Positions 1-8,493 of a DNA stretch of 64,000 bases are shown here, one piece after another. The DNA is from Burkholderiales bacterium. GTDB taxonomy: Bacteria; Pseudomonadota; Gammaproteobacteria; Burkholderiales; SG8-39. Positions within the stretch are counted from its first letter, which is position 1, and every line of letters starts with the position of its first letter. Below the pieces are notes generated by a model, which saw nothing but the letters and a program-made list of their open reading frames with translations, was not told where the DNA came from and searched no databases. The stretch covers positions 4,300 through 68,299 of the forward strand of contig DASRKB010000102.1 of assembly GCA_035649175.1 (NCBI GenBank), in the 5' to 3' direction. The position numbers and the translations under genes were made by a program.

Positions 1-537
1 CACTACGGCCAGCATGAGGGTCGCGACGACATAGTAGTTTTGGATCGGGGTGAGAAGCAGGCGCCGCAGACCTGAGATGCCGAGTTCACCGCCCGAGAAC
101 CCGGGGAAGGCGAAAAGCAGACCGAGCACGATGAGGGGGAACGCGAGCGTGGCGAGTGAAAGATACGAGCCGCGCAGCCTCAGGCAGAGGTACCCCACCA
201 GCCAGCCCACGAGCGTGGCCATCGCGGCCCCGGCCCATACCGTGAGCCAGGGCGACAGCCCAAGCTGCTGCGAGAGCAGGCCCGAGGTATAAGCTCCCGC
301 GCCGAAGAAGAGCGCATGCCCGAAGTTCACTTGGCCTGTGTAGCCGGCCAACATGTCCCAGCTCGCGGCGAAGATGGCGAAGATACACGTCATGGTGAGG
401 ATGCGGAGCGCATACGCGTCGTCATAGACGAGCGGCAGGCCGAGCACCGCGATCACCCACAGGAGCACGAGCGTGCGCGAAGGCAATACCAGGATCTCGT
501 TCCGGAGCTCGGCCCATGCTCGGCGGAGCAGATACAT
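1..537 (-). CDS. livM: Branched-chain amino acid ABC transporter permease, LivM type (N-terminal part; gene runs off the left edge)
   Basis: Own minus-strand translation from ATG 537..535: MYLLRRAWAELRNEILVLPSRTLVLLWVIAVLGLPLVYDDAYALRILTMTCIFAIFAASWDMLAGYTGQVNFGHALFFGAGAYTSG... Multi-TM. Start overlaps the livH stop (TGATG). Absent from the ORF track because no stop lies in the window. Confidence 0.85.
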   Translation of the reverse strand, partial: MYLLRRAWAELRNEILVLPSRTLVLLWVIAVLGLPLVYDDAYALRILTMTCIFAIFAASWDMLAGYTGQVNFGHALFFGAGAYTSGLLSQQLGLSPWLTVWAGAAMATLVGWLVGYLCLRLRGSYLSLATLAFPLIVLGLLFAFPGFSGGELGISGLRRLLLTPIQNYYVVATLMLAVV

Positions 538-1406
538 CAGCGTTCCTCCTCGAAGGCCACTCCGAATAGGCCCTCGGGACGCACGAGCAGCACGGCGACC
601 ATGATGGCAAGCGCCACCGCGCCTTTCAGGTACGCGCCGGCAGGCACGGCGAAGACGGTGATGGCCTCAACGTACCCGATGACCAGCGCGCCGATCAGGC
701 TCCCTTTCATGCTTCCCAGCCCTCCCAGCACGACGATGGCTAGCATGGTGACAAGAGGCGCGAGCCACATGAACGGATCTACCACGAACACGGGCGCGAC
801 CACCACCCCCGCGATGGCCGCGAGGGCAACCGAGATGGCCACGGTGGCCATCGCCACCCGGTGCACATCCATCCCCATGAGGTTGGCCACCTCCAGGTCA
901 TTCGCCGTGGCTCGGATCGCGAGCCCCAGACGGGTGCGGTAAAGCACCAGCCACACCGCCGCCAGCATTGCGGCCGCCACGACGAGTATGAGAAGACGCT
1001 GGTAAGGAATGCTTACGCCCAACACGCGCACGACGCCCTCGAGCGTCGACGGAATGCCCAGGTAGTGGCCACCGAAGAAGACCAGCATCAGCTCCTGGAA
1101 GATCAGGCCGAGCGCTATCGTGGCGATGAGAACCGCCGCCTCATGCTCGCGCACGGGCTCGATGACCAGCCGATAGCACAGCACCGAAAGAGCCGTCACC
1201 GCGAGAACCGAAAGCACCGCCGATGCCGCGAACCCCAGGCCCGTACGTGTGAGCAGCGCATAGAAGCAGTACGCCGCGAGCATGTAAAAGGCGGTGTGCG
1301 CGATATTGACGATGCGTGCAACGCCAAAGATGAGGGAAAACCCGATCGCGAGCAGCGCATAGACGCCGCTGTTGACCAGCCCGGTGATCAGGATGTCCTG
1401 CAGCAT
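537..1406 (-). CDS. livH: Branched-chain amino acid ABC transporter permease, LivH type
   Basis: 289-aa hydrophobic ORF. N-terminus MLQDILITGLVNSGVYALLAIGFSLIFG is typical of LivH/HAAT permeases. It sits between a Liv-type binding protein and livM. Confidence 0.9.
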   Translation of the reverse strand: MLQDILITGLVNSGVYALLAIGFSLIFGVARIVNIAHTAFYMLAAYCFYALLTRTGLGFAASAVLSVLAVTALSVLCYRLVIEPVREHEAAVLIATIALGLIFQELMLVFFGGHYLGIPSTLEGVVRVLGVSIPYQRLLILVVAAAMLAAVWLVLYRTRLGLAIRATANDLEVANLMGMDVHRVAMATVAISVALAAIAGVVVAPVFVVDPFMWLAPLVTMLAIVVLGGLGSMKGSLIGALVIGYVEAITVFAVPAGAYLKGAVALAIMVAVLLVRPEGLFGVAFEEER

Positions 1407-1428
1407 AAAAAAGCCCGCTTGCGCGGGC
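1407..1428 (-). terminator. Hairpin plus T-run between binding-protein gene and permease gene (attenuator or terminator)
   Basis: gcccgc(1413..1418)-ttgc-gcgggc(1423..1428). On the minus strand it is followed by TTTTTT running directly into the livH ATG. Confidence 0.5.
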
Positions 1429-1446
1429 CTTTTCCGAACCTGCCCT

Positions 1447-2658
1447 CTAGGGGAGCTTGAAGGCCTGCATGCCCTTTACCTGCGGCGGCCAGAACGCGAC
1501 CTTCTTCCCGTTCTGCCACTGGACGGCGATGCCGGTCGACTTTCCGATGCCCCACACCGGATCGTGTCCCTTGGTGAACTCGATGACACCGCCCGCGCCC
1601 ACGAAGCTCATCTTCTCCATGACAGGGATGAGCTTGTCTGGATCGGTGGTGCCGGCCTTCTCAATCGCTTCCTTTAGGAGCTGGATGGCGTCGTGAGTGC
1701 CGGCGGTGTAGATCGGCGGGCGGCCGAAGCGCGCCCTGAAGCCCTGCACAAAGGGGATCGTCTTGGGCGTCATCTCCACCTCGGCGTAGGTATCGAGCGT
1801 GGCTACGTAGTTAGCCTTGCCGGCGGCAGCCTGCCAGAACTCTTCCTTCTGCGCCTCGACGTTGATGCCGAAGGCGACCGCCTTCATGTTGCGCTCGCCC
1901 ATCTGCCGGCCTACCGTGATGCCTACCGGGCCGGAGAGCAGCGTGAAGATGATGTCCGCGCCGGCCCGGTCGATCGCCGCGAGCTCCGCGGTCACATCCG
2001 TGGCGAGAGCCGAAGGCTGCCAAGTGCCCACGACCTCCATCTGCATCTTCTGGAAGACAGGCGGCATCGCCTTGATGATCGGTTCGTTCCAGATCGCCTT
2101 CTCCGCGAGAATGGCGATCCTCGGGCTTGGCTTGTTCAGCTCCTTGCGGATCTGCCCAGCAACCGAGCCGAGCACGCCTACCAGCGTCCTGCCTAGGTCG
2201 GTGCTGTTCACCGGCGTAATGCGGAACCAGTACTTGAAGCGATCGTAATTCTGCTCCACGCGCTGGGCGAGCTGTGGATGCGCAGAGCCGGCCCCGAGGA
2301 AGATCTTCTTGTAGTCCGCCGCAACCTCCTGCATCGCGAGCACTGCCTCGGAGCGGAAACCGCCGACAAGGAAGTCCACCTTGTTGCGGGTAATGACCCG
2401 CTCGATCGCGTTGGTCGCATCCGTGATCGACTGATGCTCATTGGTGTCGGCGCGCACCAGCTCGATCTGCATCTTCTTGCCGCCGACATCGATCCCGCCG
2501 GCCTTGTTGATTGCGTCGCGCGCCATCTCCGCGCCGAACCAGTGATATTCCCCCTGCGGCTGCGACATCGGTCCGAGCACGCCGATCTTGATCGTTCCCT
2601 GCGCGCCCGCGAGCGGCGCGGCAAGTGCCAATGCGCAGGCGAGCAATGTACGAAGCAT
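1447..2658 (-). CDS. ABC transporter substrate-binding protein (Leu/Ile/Val-binding type I PBP family)
   Basis: ORF 1447..3297 trimmed to ATG 2658, which has GGAGG 6 nt upstream. Signal peptide MLRTLLACALALAAPLAGAQG, then TIKIGVLGPMS... The upstream 200+ codons are Arg/Gly/His-rich GC artefact. Confidence 0.9.
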   Translation of the reverse strand: MLRTLLACALALAAPLAGAQGTIKIGVLGPMSQPQGEYHWFGAEMARDAINKAGGIDVGGKKMQIELVRADTNEHQSITDATNAIERVITRNKVDFLVGGFRSEAVLAMQEVAADYKKIFLGAGSAHPQLAQRVEQNYDRFKYWFRITPVNSTDLGRTLVGVLGSVAGQIRKELNKPSPRIAILAEKAIWNEPIIKAMPPVFQKMQMEVVGTWQPSALATDVTAELAAIDRAGADIIFTLLSGPVGITVGRQMGERNMKAVAFGINVEAQKEEFWQAAAGKANYVATLDTYAEVEMTPKTIPFVQGFRARFGRPPIYTAGTHDAIQLLKEAIEKAGTTDPDKLIPVMEKMSFVGAGGVIEFTKGHDPVWGIGKSTGIAVQWQNGKKVAFWPPQVKGMQAFKLP

Positions 2659-2678
2659 TAAACCCCTCCTCTTTGGAA

Positions 2679-2684
2679 TACTAT
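2679..2684 (+). promoter_or_regulatory. -10-like hexamer TACTAT, 7 nt upstream of ATG 2692 (possible leaderless transcript)
   Basis: 33-nt divergent intergenic region. No Shine-Dalgarno between hexamer and ATG. Confidence 0.3.
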
Positions 2685-2691
2685 CGCGTCG

Positions 2692-3447
2692 ATGTTGCCA
2701 GCAAACCCGATCCACCTCAACCACAAGGTGCACGTGCTCACCCGGAAGGAGGAGCTCGATGGCATCCGCGTCGGCGGGAAGGTGGTGGTGGTGCTCGACA
2801 TCCTGTTCGCCACGACCACGATGGTGACCGCGCTCGCGCACGGCGCGCGCGAGATCCTGCCGGTGCTGGACGAGGCGGCGGCGCGCGCCCAAGCGAGTCA
2901 GTTTCCCGACAGCAATCCCTGCGTCCTCGCCGGAGAGCTCTATGCCGAGGTGCTGCCGGGGTTCGCGCACCCCGCCCCCCTCTCGCTGCTCGAGCACGGG
3001 GTGGACGGGAAAACGGTGGTGTATTCCACGACCAACGGCACGGTCGCGATGACGCAGGCCGCCGGGGCGGCTCGCGTGTACTGCGGCGCGCTGCTGAATG
3101 CCCGGGCGCTTGCCGCCCACATCGTCCGTCATCATCCCAGCGAAACGGTGCTCGTCGTCTGCTCCGGGTCGGGAAACAACTTCAATTTGGAGGACTTCTA
3201 CGGCGCCGGCTACTTCGTCGAGTGTTTCGCCGCCGAGCTCGGCGAGGCGGCGGATTTCTCGGACGCCGCAAAGGCGGCCCTGCTGCTGCAGCGCCACGCA
3301 AAGGCGCCTGAGGCGCTGCTCGAATGCCGCGTCGGGCGGATGATGGTAGCGAAAGGGTTGCGGCGCGAAGTCGAGTTCGCTTGCCGCAACGACGCGTTCC
3401 CAGTCATTCCCGCCCTGGAGGAAGGCCGGTTGCGGCTGGTGGCCTGA
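2692..3447 (+). CDS. 2-phosphosulfolactate phosphatase (ComB) family protein
   Basis: 251 aa. VVVVLDILFATTTMVTAL resembles the ComB-family D-x-x-R/F-A-T-T-T region. Length fits the family. Confidence 0.7.
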   Translation: MLPANPIHLNHKVHVLTRKEELDGIRVGGKVVVVLDILFATTTMVTALAHGAREILPVLDEAAARAQASQFPDSNPCVLAGELYAEVLPGFAHPAPLSLLEHGVDGKTVVYSTTNGTVAMTQAAGAARVYCGALLNARALAAHIVRHHPSETVLVVCSGSGNNFNLEDFYGAGYFVECFAAELGEAADFSDAAKAALLLQRHAKAPEALLECRVGRMMVAKGLRREVEFACRNDAFPVIPALEEGRLRLVA

Positions 3448-3454
3448 GCGCGCG

Positions 3455-4210
3455 CTAGGCCCGCTCCAGCTCCGCGCTTACGGCGAGGTGGTCGGACAGC
3501 ATGGACCAGGGCTTGCCCCGGTGCACCGTGGAGGCGGCGACCTTGAAGCCGCGCACGTAGATGCGGTCGAGCCGCAGGATCGGCATCACGCTCGGATAGG
3601 TCCGCGCCGCCCGGCCGAAGCGCGCCACGGAAACCTCGGTCATGCCGAGACGCCGCTCGAGGATCGACGATGCGCGGTGCCGCCAGTCGTTGAAGTCGCC
3701 GGCGACGATGATCGGCAAATTTCTCGAAGCCAGCTCTTCCAGGCGGCCGGAGATGGCCTCGAGCTGCCGGTTGCGGCCGCGCTCGTGCAGCGAGAGGTGC
3801 ACGCAAACGAGATGCAGATTGCGCCGCCATCCGGGGACCGCCACCACGCAGTGCAGCAGTCCCCGGCGCTCGAATCGATGATCCGAGACATCCTCGTTCT
3901 CCGAGTGCACGAAGGGGAAGCTCGACAGGATCGCGTTGCCGTGGTGCCCATGGTCGTACACGGCGTTGCGGGCATATACATGCTTCCATCGCTCGCCGGC
4001 GAGGAACTCGTGCTGCGGCTGCGGTGGGCAGGCGGCATAGCGCAGCGCGAAGCGCTGGTTGAGCCCCTGCACCTCCTGGAGGAAGACGAGATGGGGATCG
4101 AGGGCGCCGAGGCCTTCGCGCAGCTCGTGGATCACCATGCGGCGATTGAACTGCGACAACCCCTTGTGCATGTTGAGCGTGACGACGCGCAGCCGCCGGG
4201 TTCCCGCCAT
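3455..4210 (-). CDS. Endonuclease/exonuclease/phosphatase (EEP) family protein
   Basis: 251 aa. LRVVTLNMHKG...HLVFLQEVQG...IIVAGDFNDW...SDHLAV are EEP fold motifs. Starts 4 nt after the nudB stop. Confidence 0.85.
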   Translation of the reverse strand: MAGTRRLRVVTLNMHKGLSQFNRRMVIHELREGLGALDPHLVFLQEVQGLNQRFALRYAACPPQPQHEFLAGERWKHVYARNAVYDHGHHGNAILSSFPFVHSENEDVSDHRFERRGLLHCVVAVPGWRRNLHLVCVHLSLHERGRNRQLEAISGRLEELASRNLPIIVAGDFNDWRHRASSILERRLGMTEVSVARFGRAARTYPSVMPILRLDRIYVRGFKVAASTVHRGKPWSMLSDHLAVSAELERA

Positions 4211-4214
4211 CGAT

Positions 4215-4658
4215 TTAACTTATCACAGCGCGTTCACCGAGCATGACGATGGCGTCCCGATTGGACCACGAGAAGCAGCGCTGCGCGGCTTCCCGCCACG
4301 GCAGCCAGGCGAATGCCAGATGCTCGGAGGGCGCTATGCGCACCGGAGCGCGCGCCGGCAACGCCAGAGTAAAGAGATGCTCGACATTGTGGAGAACGCC
4401 TGGCGGAAAGCGGTGGCGCCATGCAGCGTAAATCTCGAAGCGGCTGGCGACCGGACGGCGCTCGAGCCGGCCCTGCGCGGCACGGATGCCAGTCTCCTCG
4501 AGCACCTCGCGCTCGGCGGCATGCTCGAGCGGCTCGTCGGGCCAATCGAGCGAACCCGTGACCGACTGCCAGTAGCCTGGGTGCGATGCGCGCTCAAGAA
4601 GCAGCACCTCCAGCGCTTCGGTATGCACGACAACCAGGACCGATACCGGATACTTCAC
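4215..4658 (-). CDS. nudB: Dihydroneopterin triphosphate diphosphatase (Nudix hydrolase NudB)
   Basis: ORF 4215..4826 trimmed to GTG 4658 (GTGA overlap with the barstar stop). Nudix box GSLDWPDEPLEHAAEREVLEETGI. About 147 aa. Position downstream of aspS is conserved. Confidence 0.8.
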   Translation of the reverse strand: MKYPVSVLVVVHTEALEVLLLERASHPGYWQSVTGSLDWPDEPLEHAAEREVLEETGIRAAQGRLERRPVASRFEIYAAWRHRFPPGVLHNVEHLFTLALPARAPVRIAPSEHLAFAWLPWREAAQRCFSWSNRDAIVMLGERAVIS

Positions 4659-4984
4659 AGCGGCGGCAGGTCGAGCTCGCCGCCGGGATCGACGAACACC
4701 GCCACGAACGACTCGCCGTTCTCCATCCAGAACTGCGCCACGGAGCGAAGCACGTCGATCAGGATGCCGAGCTCGTCCCCCTTGCGGAAGTTCTTCAGGA
4801 TCAGGCGGTGAGGCGGCGTGCGCCACGAGAGATCGCTCAGGCAGTCCTCAAGCGCATCCCAGTTGCCGCCGAACCAGCCGGGGAACTGCAAGGCGCGGGC
4901 GATGGCCTCCACGGGCTTCGCGCCGAGGTCGATCTGCACGCCTTCGGGCGCATGATCGGTGCGATAAACCCCCGAGACGGTCAT
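4655..4984 (-). CDS. Barstar-family ribonuclease inhibitor
   Basis: 109 aa. FPGWFGGNWDALEDCLSDL matches the barstar FP.YFG.N.DAL.DCL motif. ATGA overlap with the RNase stop. Confidence 0.85.
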   Translation of the reverse strand: MTVSGVYRTDHAPEGVQIDLGAKPVEAIARALQFPGWFGGNWDALEDCLSDLSWRTPPHRLILKNFRKGDELGILIDVLRSVAQFWMENGESFVAVFVDPGGELDLPPL

Positions 4985-5313
4985 CTGCGGATTCGCCTGA
5001 AGGACCGATAGTGGTCCTCGGTATAGTAGTACTCGCCGTCACGCCCGGCGACGATGCGCCGCGCGCCCCGGTCTCGGGCTCCGGGCGTCTTCACCGTGTA
5101 TTCCCGATAGTAGCCACGCACTCGCTTCGGCAGCAGGCCTTCCCGGTTGTAGAACACTCGGCCATCCTGCTTGTAGGGGAAAGGCCCACCGGCCTCGATG
5201 CTCGCCAGCGTCTCCAGCGCTTCAGGTGGGAGGTCGGCGAATCCCCATGCCGCGACACAAGCAAAGGCGAGAAGCGCGGCGAGCGCGCGCCCAAGCGCTT
5301 TGCGCGCGACCAT
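4981..5313 (-). CDS. Secreted guanyl-specific ribonuclease (barnase/RNase Sa/N1-T1 family)
   Basis: ORF 4981..5646 trimmed to ATG 5313 (TAATG overlap with the aspS stop). Signal peptide [26 protein letters not shown]. Motifs LPPEALETL, GGPFPYKQDG, YREYTV, RGARRIV, DHYRSF. Confidence 0.85.
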   Translation of the reverse strand: MVARKALGRALAALLAFACVAAWGFADLPPEALETLASIEAGGPFPYKQDGRVFYNREGLLPKRVRGYYREYTVKTPGARDRGARRIVAGRDGEYYYTEDHYRSFRRIRR

Positions 5314-7070
5314 TACGGCGCCCTGGGCGTCTCCCGCAGGCGCAGGCCCAGCTCGCGCAGCTGCCTCTCGTCGGCCGGACTCGGCGCCCGTACTAGCAGG
5401 TCCTGCGCACGCTGGGTTTTCGGGAAGGCGATCACGTCGCGAATGGACTCCGCGCCGGCCATCATCGCCGCGAGCCGGTCGAGGCCGAAAGCGATGCCGC
5501 CGTGCGGCGGCGCGCCGAACCGGAGGTTGTCGAGGAGGAACCCGAACTTGGCCTGCGCCTCGTCCTCGGAGATCCCAAGTGCCTTGAACACCTTTGCCTG
5601 TACCTCGGCGCGGTGGATGCGCACCGAGCCGCCGCCGAGCTCCCATCCGTTGAGCACCATGTCGTAGCCCTTGGAGAGCGCACGCCCCGGGTCAGATGCG
5701 AGCAGGTCTTCGTGGCCATCCTTCGGCGAGGTAAAGGGATGGTGCATCGCCATCCAGCGCTTCTCCTCCTCGTCCCACTCGAACATCGGGAAGTCGAGCA
5801 CCCAGAGCGGCTGCCAGCCCTTGCGCACCAGGCTCTTGTCATGGCCGATGCGCACGCGCAACGCGCCGAGGGCATCGTTGACCACCTTCGCCCTGTCGGC
5901 GCCGAAGAAGATCAGGTCCCCCGGCTTCGCAGCCGTCCTCTTCAGGACTTCATCGAGCGTTTCCCGGGAAAGAAACTTCACGATCGGGGACTGCAGGCCG
6001 TCGGGGTTGACCTTGATGTAGGCGAGGCCCTTGGCGCCGTAGTTGGCGACGAAGCCGCCATAGTCATCGATCTCCTTTCGGGTAAGCTCGGCGCTCGCCT
6101 TCAGCGCGGCGACCCTGCCGTCGGGCATCTCGGCCGCCTGGCGGAACACCTTGAAGTCGGTGGACTTCATGAGCTCGGTAAGCTCGGTGAGCTCCAGCGC
6201 GATCCGAAGGTCCGGCTTGTCGGTGCCGTAGCGCGCCATCGCCTCCGCGTAGGACAGGCGGGGAAAAGGATCGGGGAGCTCCTCGCCAAGGACATTGCGG
6301 AAAACAGTTCGAATCAGGCCTTCCATCAGGTCTTGGATCTCGCGCTCGCCCAAGAACGAGGTCTCGACGTCGATCTGGGTGAACTCCGGCTGCCGGTCAG
6401 CCCGCAGGTCCTCGTCGCGGAAGCACTTCACGATCTGGTAGTAGCGGTCGAAGCCCGCCACCATCAGGAGCTGCTTGAAGAGCTGGGGTGATTGCGGCAG
6501 GGCGAAAAACTCGCCGGGGTGCACCCGGCTCGGCACCAGGTAGTCGCGCGCGCCTTCCGGCGTGGAGCGGGTCAGCATCGGCGTCTCGATATCGATGAAC
6601 CCGTGCTCGTCGAGATACTGACGCACCGCCATGGCGATCCGGTAGCGCAGCCGCAGGTTCTTCTGCATCGGGGCGCGGCGCAGGTCGATCACGCGATGCT
6701 CCAGGCGCGTGTTCTCGTTGAGGTTCTCCTCGTCGAGCTGGAAGGGCGGCGGCGCCGAGGGATTGAGGACTTGTACCTCCTGCGCGAGCACCTCCACTTC
6801 CCCGGACGCAAGCTCCGCGTTGACCGTGCCTTCCGGGCGCCGGCGCACTTTGCCCGTCACGCGCAAGACGAACTCGGCGCGCACGCGCTCGGCGGCCTGG
6901 AATGCCTGCGCGTGGTCCGGGTCGCAGACCACCTGCGCGAGCCCCTCGCGATCGCGCAAGTCGATGAAGATCACCCCACCGTGGTCGCGGCGCCGGTGCG
7001 CCCACCCGGCCAGCGTCACGACGCGGCCGACGAGCGCCGCGCTGAGCTCCCCGCAATAGTGGGTGCGCAT
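5313..7070 (-). CDS. aspS: Aspartate--tRNA ligase
   Basis: 585 aa. MRTHYCGEL...[48 protein letters not shown]: class IIb synthetase motifs. Confidence 0.97.
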   Translation of the reverse strand: MRTHYCGELSAALVGRVVTLAGWAHRRRDHGGVIFIDLRDREGLAQVVCDPDHAQAFQAAERVRAEFVLRVTGKVRRRPEGTVNAELASGEVEVLAQEVQVLNPSAPPPFQLDEENLNENTRLEHRVIDLRRAPMQKNLRLRYRIAMAVRQYLDEHGFIDIETPMLTRSTPEGARDYLVPSRVHPGEFFALPQSPQLFKQLLMVAGFDRYYQIVKCFRDEDLRADRQPEFTQIDVETSFLGEREIQDLMEGLIRTVFRNVLGEELPDPFPRLSYAEAMARYGTDKPDLRIALELTELTELMKSTDFKVFRQAAEMPDGRVAALKASAELTRKEIDDYGGFVANYGAKGLAYIKVNPDGLQSPIVKFLSRETLDEVLKRTAAKPGDLIFFGADRAKVVNDALGALRVRIGHDKSLVRKGWQPLWVLDFPMFEWDEEEKRWMAMHHPFTSPKDGHEDLLASDPGRALSKGYDMVLNGWELGGGSVRIHRAEVQAKVFKALGISEDEAQAKFGFLLDNLRFGAPPHGGIAFGLDRLAAMMAGAESIRDVIAFPKTQRAQDLLVRAPSPADERQLRELGLRLRETPRAP

Positions 7071-7667
7071 CTAGCGGGTGTCGGGCGGCGGGGCGACGCC
7101 CATGGAAATGATGTACTTCAGCGCCTGGTCGACGGTCATGTCGAGCTCGATGACTTCCTTGCGCGGCACGATGGCGAAGTAGCCGCTGGTCGGGTTGGGG
7201 GTAGTGGGCACGTATACGGATACGCAGTCGGGCGGCACGTGCTCGGCGACCCGTCCGCCCGGCGCGCCGGTCAGGAAGGCGATCGTCCAGACGCCCTCGC
7301 GCGGCCACTGTACGAGCAGCGCCTTGCGAAACGCCTGTCCGCTCGAGGAGAACAGCGTGTCCGAGATCTGCTTGACGCTGGAATAGATCGAGTTGACCAC
7401 CGGAATGCGGTGGAGGATGTCGTGCCAGACCTCCACCAGACGAGCGCCGAAGAAGTTCGTGGCAAATATCCCGGTCACGAGAACCACGACGACGGTGAGC
7501 AGCGCGCCCAGGCCGGGGATATGAACGCCGAGCAAGCTCTCGGTTCGGAGCGTGATCGGCAGCAGCAGCAGCGACTGATCCAGCAGGTCGAAGATGACCT
7601 TGAGCACCCAGATCGTGATGACCAGGGGTATCCAGATCAGCAGACCGGTAATGAAGTATTTTTTCAA
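7071..7667 (-). CDS. DUF502 domain-containing membrane protein
   Basis: 198 aa, TTG start. MKKYFITGLLIWIPLVITIWVL... Its stop abuts the aspS start. Confidence 0.8.
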   Translation of the reverse strand: MKKYFITGLLIWIPLVITIWVLKVIFDLLDQSLLLLPITLRTESLLGVHIPGLGALLTVVVVLVTGIFATNFFGARLVEVWHDILHRIPVVNSIYSSVKQISDTLFSSSGQAFRKALLVQWPREGVWTIAFLTGAPGGRVAEHVPPDCVSVYVPTTPNPTSGYFAIVPRKEVIELDMTVDQALKYIISMGVAPPPDTR

Positions 7668-7674
7668 GGTCTAG

Positions 7675-7703
7675 AAAGCAAAAGGCCCGGCATTCGCCGG
7701 GCC
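7675..7703 (-). terminator. Rho-independent terminator after the zinc-ribbon gene
   Basis: ggcccggc(7684..7691)-attc-gccgggcc(7696..7703). Minus strand reads hairpin + TTTTGCTTTCTA. Confidence 0.6.
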
Positions 7704-7722
7704 GGCCGCGCCGGTCGCCCGT

Positions 7723-8010
7723 TCAGTCTGCCGCCGCAGCGCTCTTCGGTTTCGCCTCGGGCTTGGCCTCGGTCTTGGTCTCGCCCTTCGCTTCGGTTTT
7801 TGCTTCGCCCTTCTTCTCGGCCGGCTTGCTGCCCTTGAAGTCGGTCGCATACCAGCCGCTGCCCTTCAACTGAAACCCCGCCGCGCTCAGGAGCTTCTGG
7901 AGCGCCGGCTTTCCACAAGCCGGGCACTCGGCAATGGCGGGGTCCGAGACCTTCTGCAGGAACTCGTCCTGATGGCCGCAGGCGGAGCACCGGTATTCGT
8001 AAATCGGCAT
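7723..8010 (-). CDS. FmdB-family zinc-ribbon protein with Lys/Glu/Ala-rich tail
   Basis: MPIYEYRCSACGH...CPACG (CxxC...CxxC). C-terminal KPAEKKGEAKTEAKGETKTEAKPEAKPK low-complexity tail. Confidence 0.85.
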   Translation of the reverse strand: MPIYEYRCSACGHQDEFLQKVSDPAIAECPACGKPALQKLLSAAGFQLKGSGWYATDFKGSKPAEKKGEAKTEAKGETKTEAKPEAKPKSAAAAD

Positions 8011-8042
8011 GGTCGTTTCGCGCGGCGGATTATATCCCTGAT

Positions 8043-8492
8043 TCAGAAAGGAATGTCGTCTTCCATGTCGTCGAACTTGCCGGCCGGCTTCTTCGCTGCG
8101 GCCTTCGGCTCCGCGGTGCGCGACTCCCCGGCCGCTTCGCGAGGCTCCCCGCTACCTTCCCGGCGGCCGAGCATCTGCATCACGTCGCCGCGGATCTCGG
8201 TGGAGTAGCGGTCCTGCCCCTCCTTGTCCTGCCACTTTCGCGTGCGAAGGCTGCCTTCGACATACACCTGCGAGCCTTTCTTCAGATACTCGCCGGCGAC
8301 GGTGGCGAGACGGCCGAAGAATGCGATGCGGTGCCACTCGGTAGCCTCCTTCATCTCGCCCGACTGCTTGTCCTTCCAGCGGTCGGTAGTCGCGACGCGG
8401 ATGTTGGTTACCGCCTCGCCGCTCGGCAGATACCGCGTCTCGGGGTCGGCGCCAAGGTTGCCCACGATGATCACTTTGTTCACAGAAGCCAT
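8043..8492 (-). CDS. ssb: Single-stranded DNA-binding protein
   Basis: [42 protein letters not shown]... OB fold, Gly/Pro-poor linker, acidic tip DDMEDDIPF. Confidence 0.97.
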   Translation of the reverse strand: MASVNKVIIVGNLGADPETRYLPSGEAVTNIRVATTDRWKDKQSGEMKEATEWHRIAFFGRLATVAGEYLKKGSQVYVEGSLRTRKWQDKEGQDRYSTEIRGDVMQMLGRREGSGEPREAAGESRTAEPKAAAKKPAGKFDDMEDDIPF

Positions 8493-8493
8493 G

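Noticed and set aside
2659-3297. Long N-terminal extensions of track ORFs (1447..3297, 26644..28968, 42095..43495, 46052..47245, 51111..53123, 56865..58214, 62868..63647, 63260..63907, 4981..5646, 13594..14784, 48591..49961).
   Set aside because: The extensions overlap upstream genes, have artefact-like composition, and precede an internal start. That internal start has an SD or a start/stop overlap and gives the expected family N-terminus or signal peptide.
7723-7830. Periodic-looking DNA encoding the KPAEKKGEAKTEAKGETKTEAKPEAKPK tail of the zinc-ribbon protein.
   Set aside because: It is an imperfect low-complexity coding repeat inside a normal gene, not a tandem DNA repeat or CRISPR-like array.
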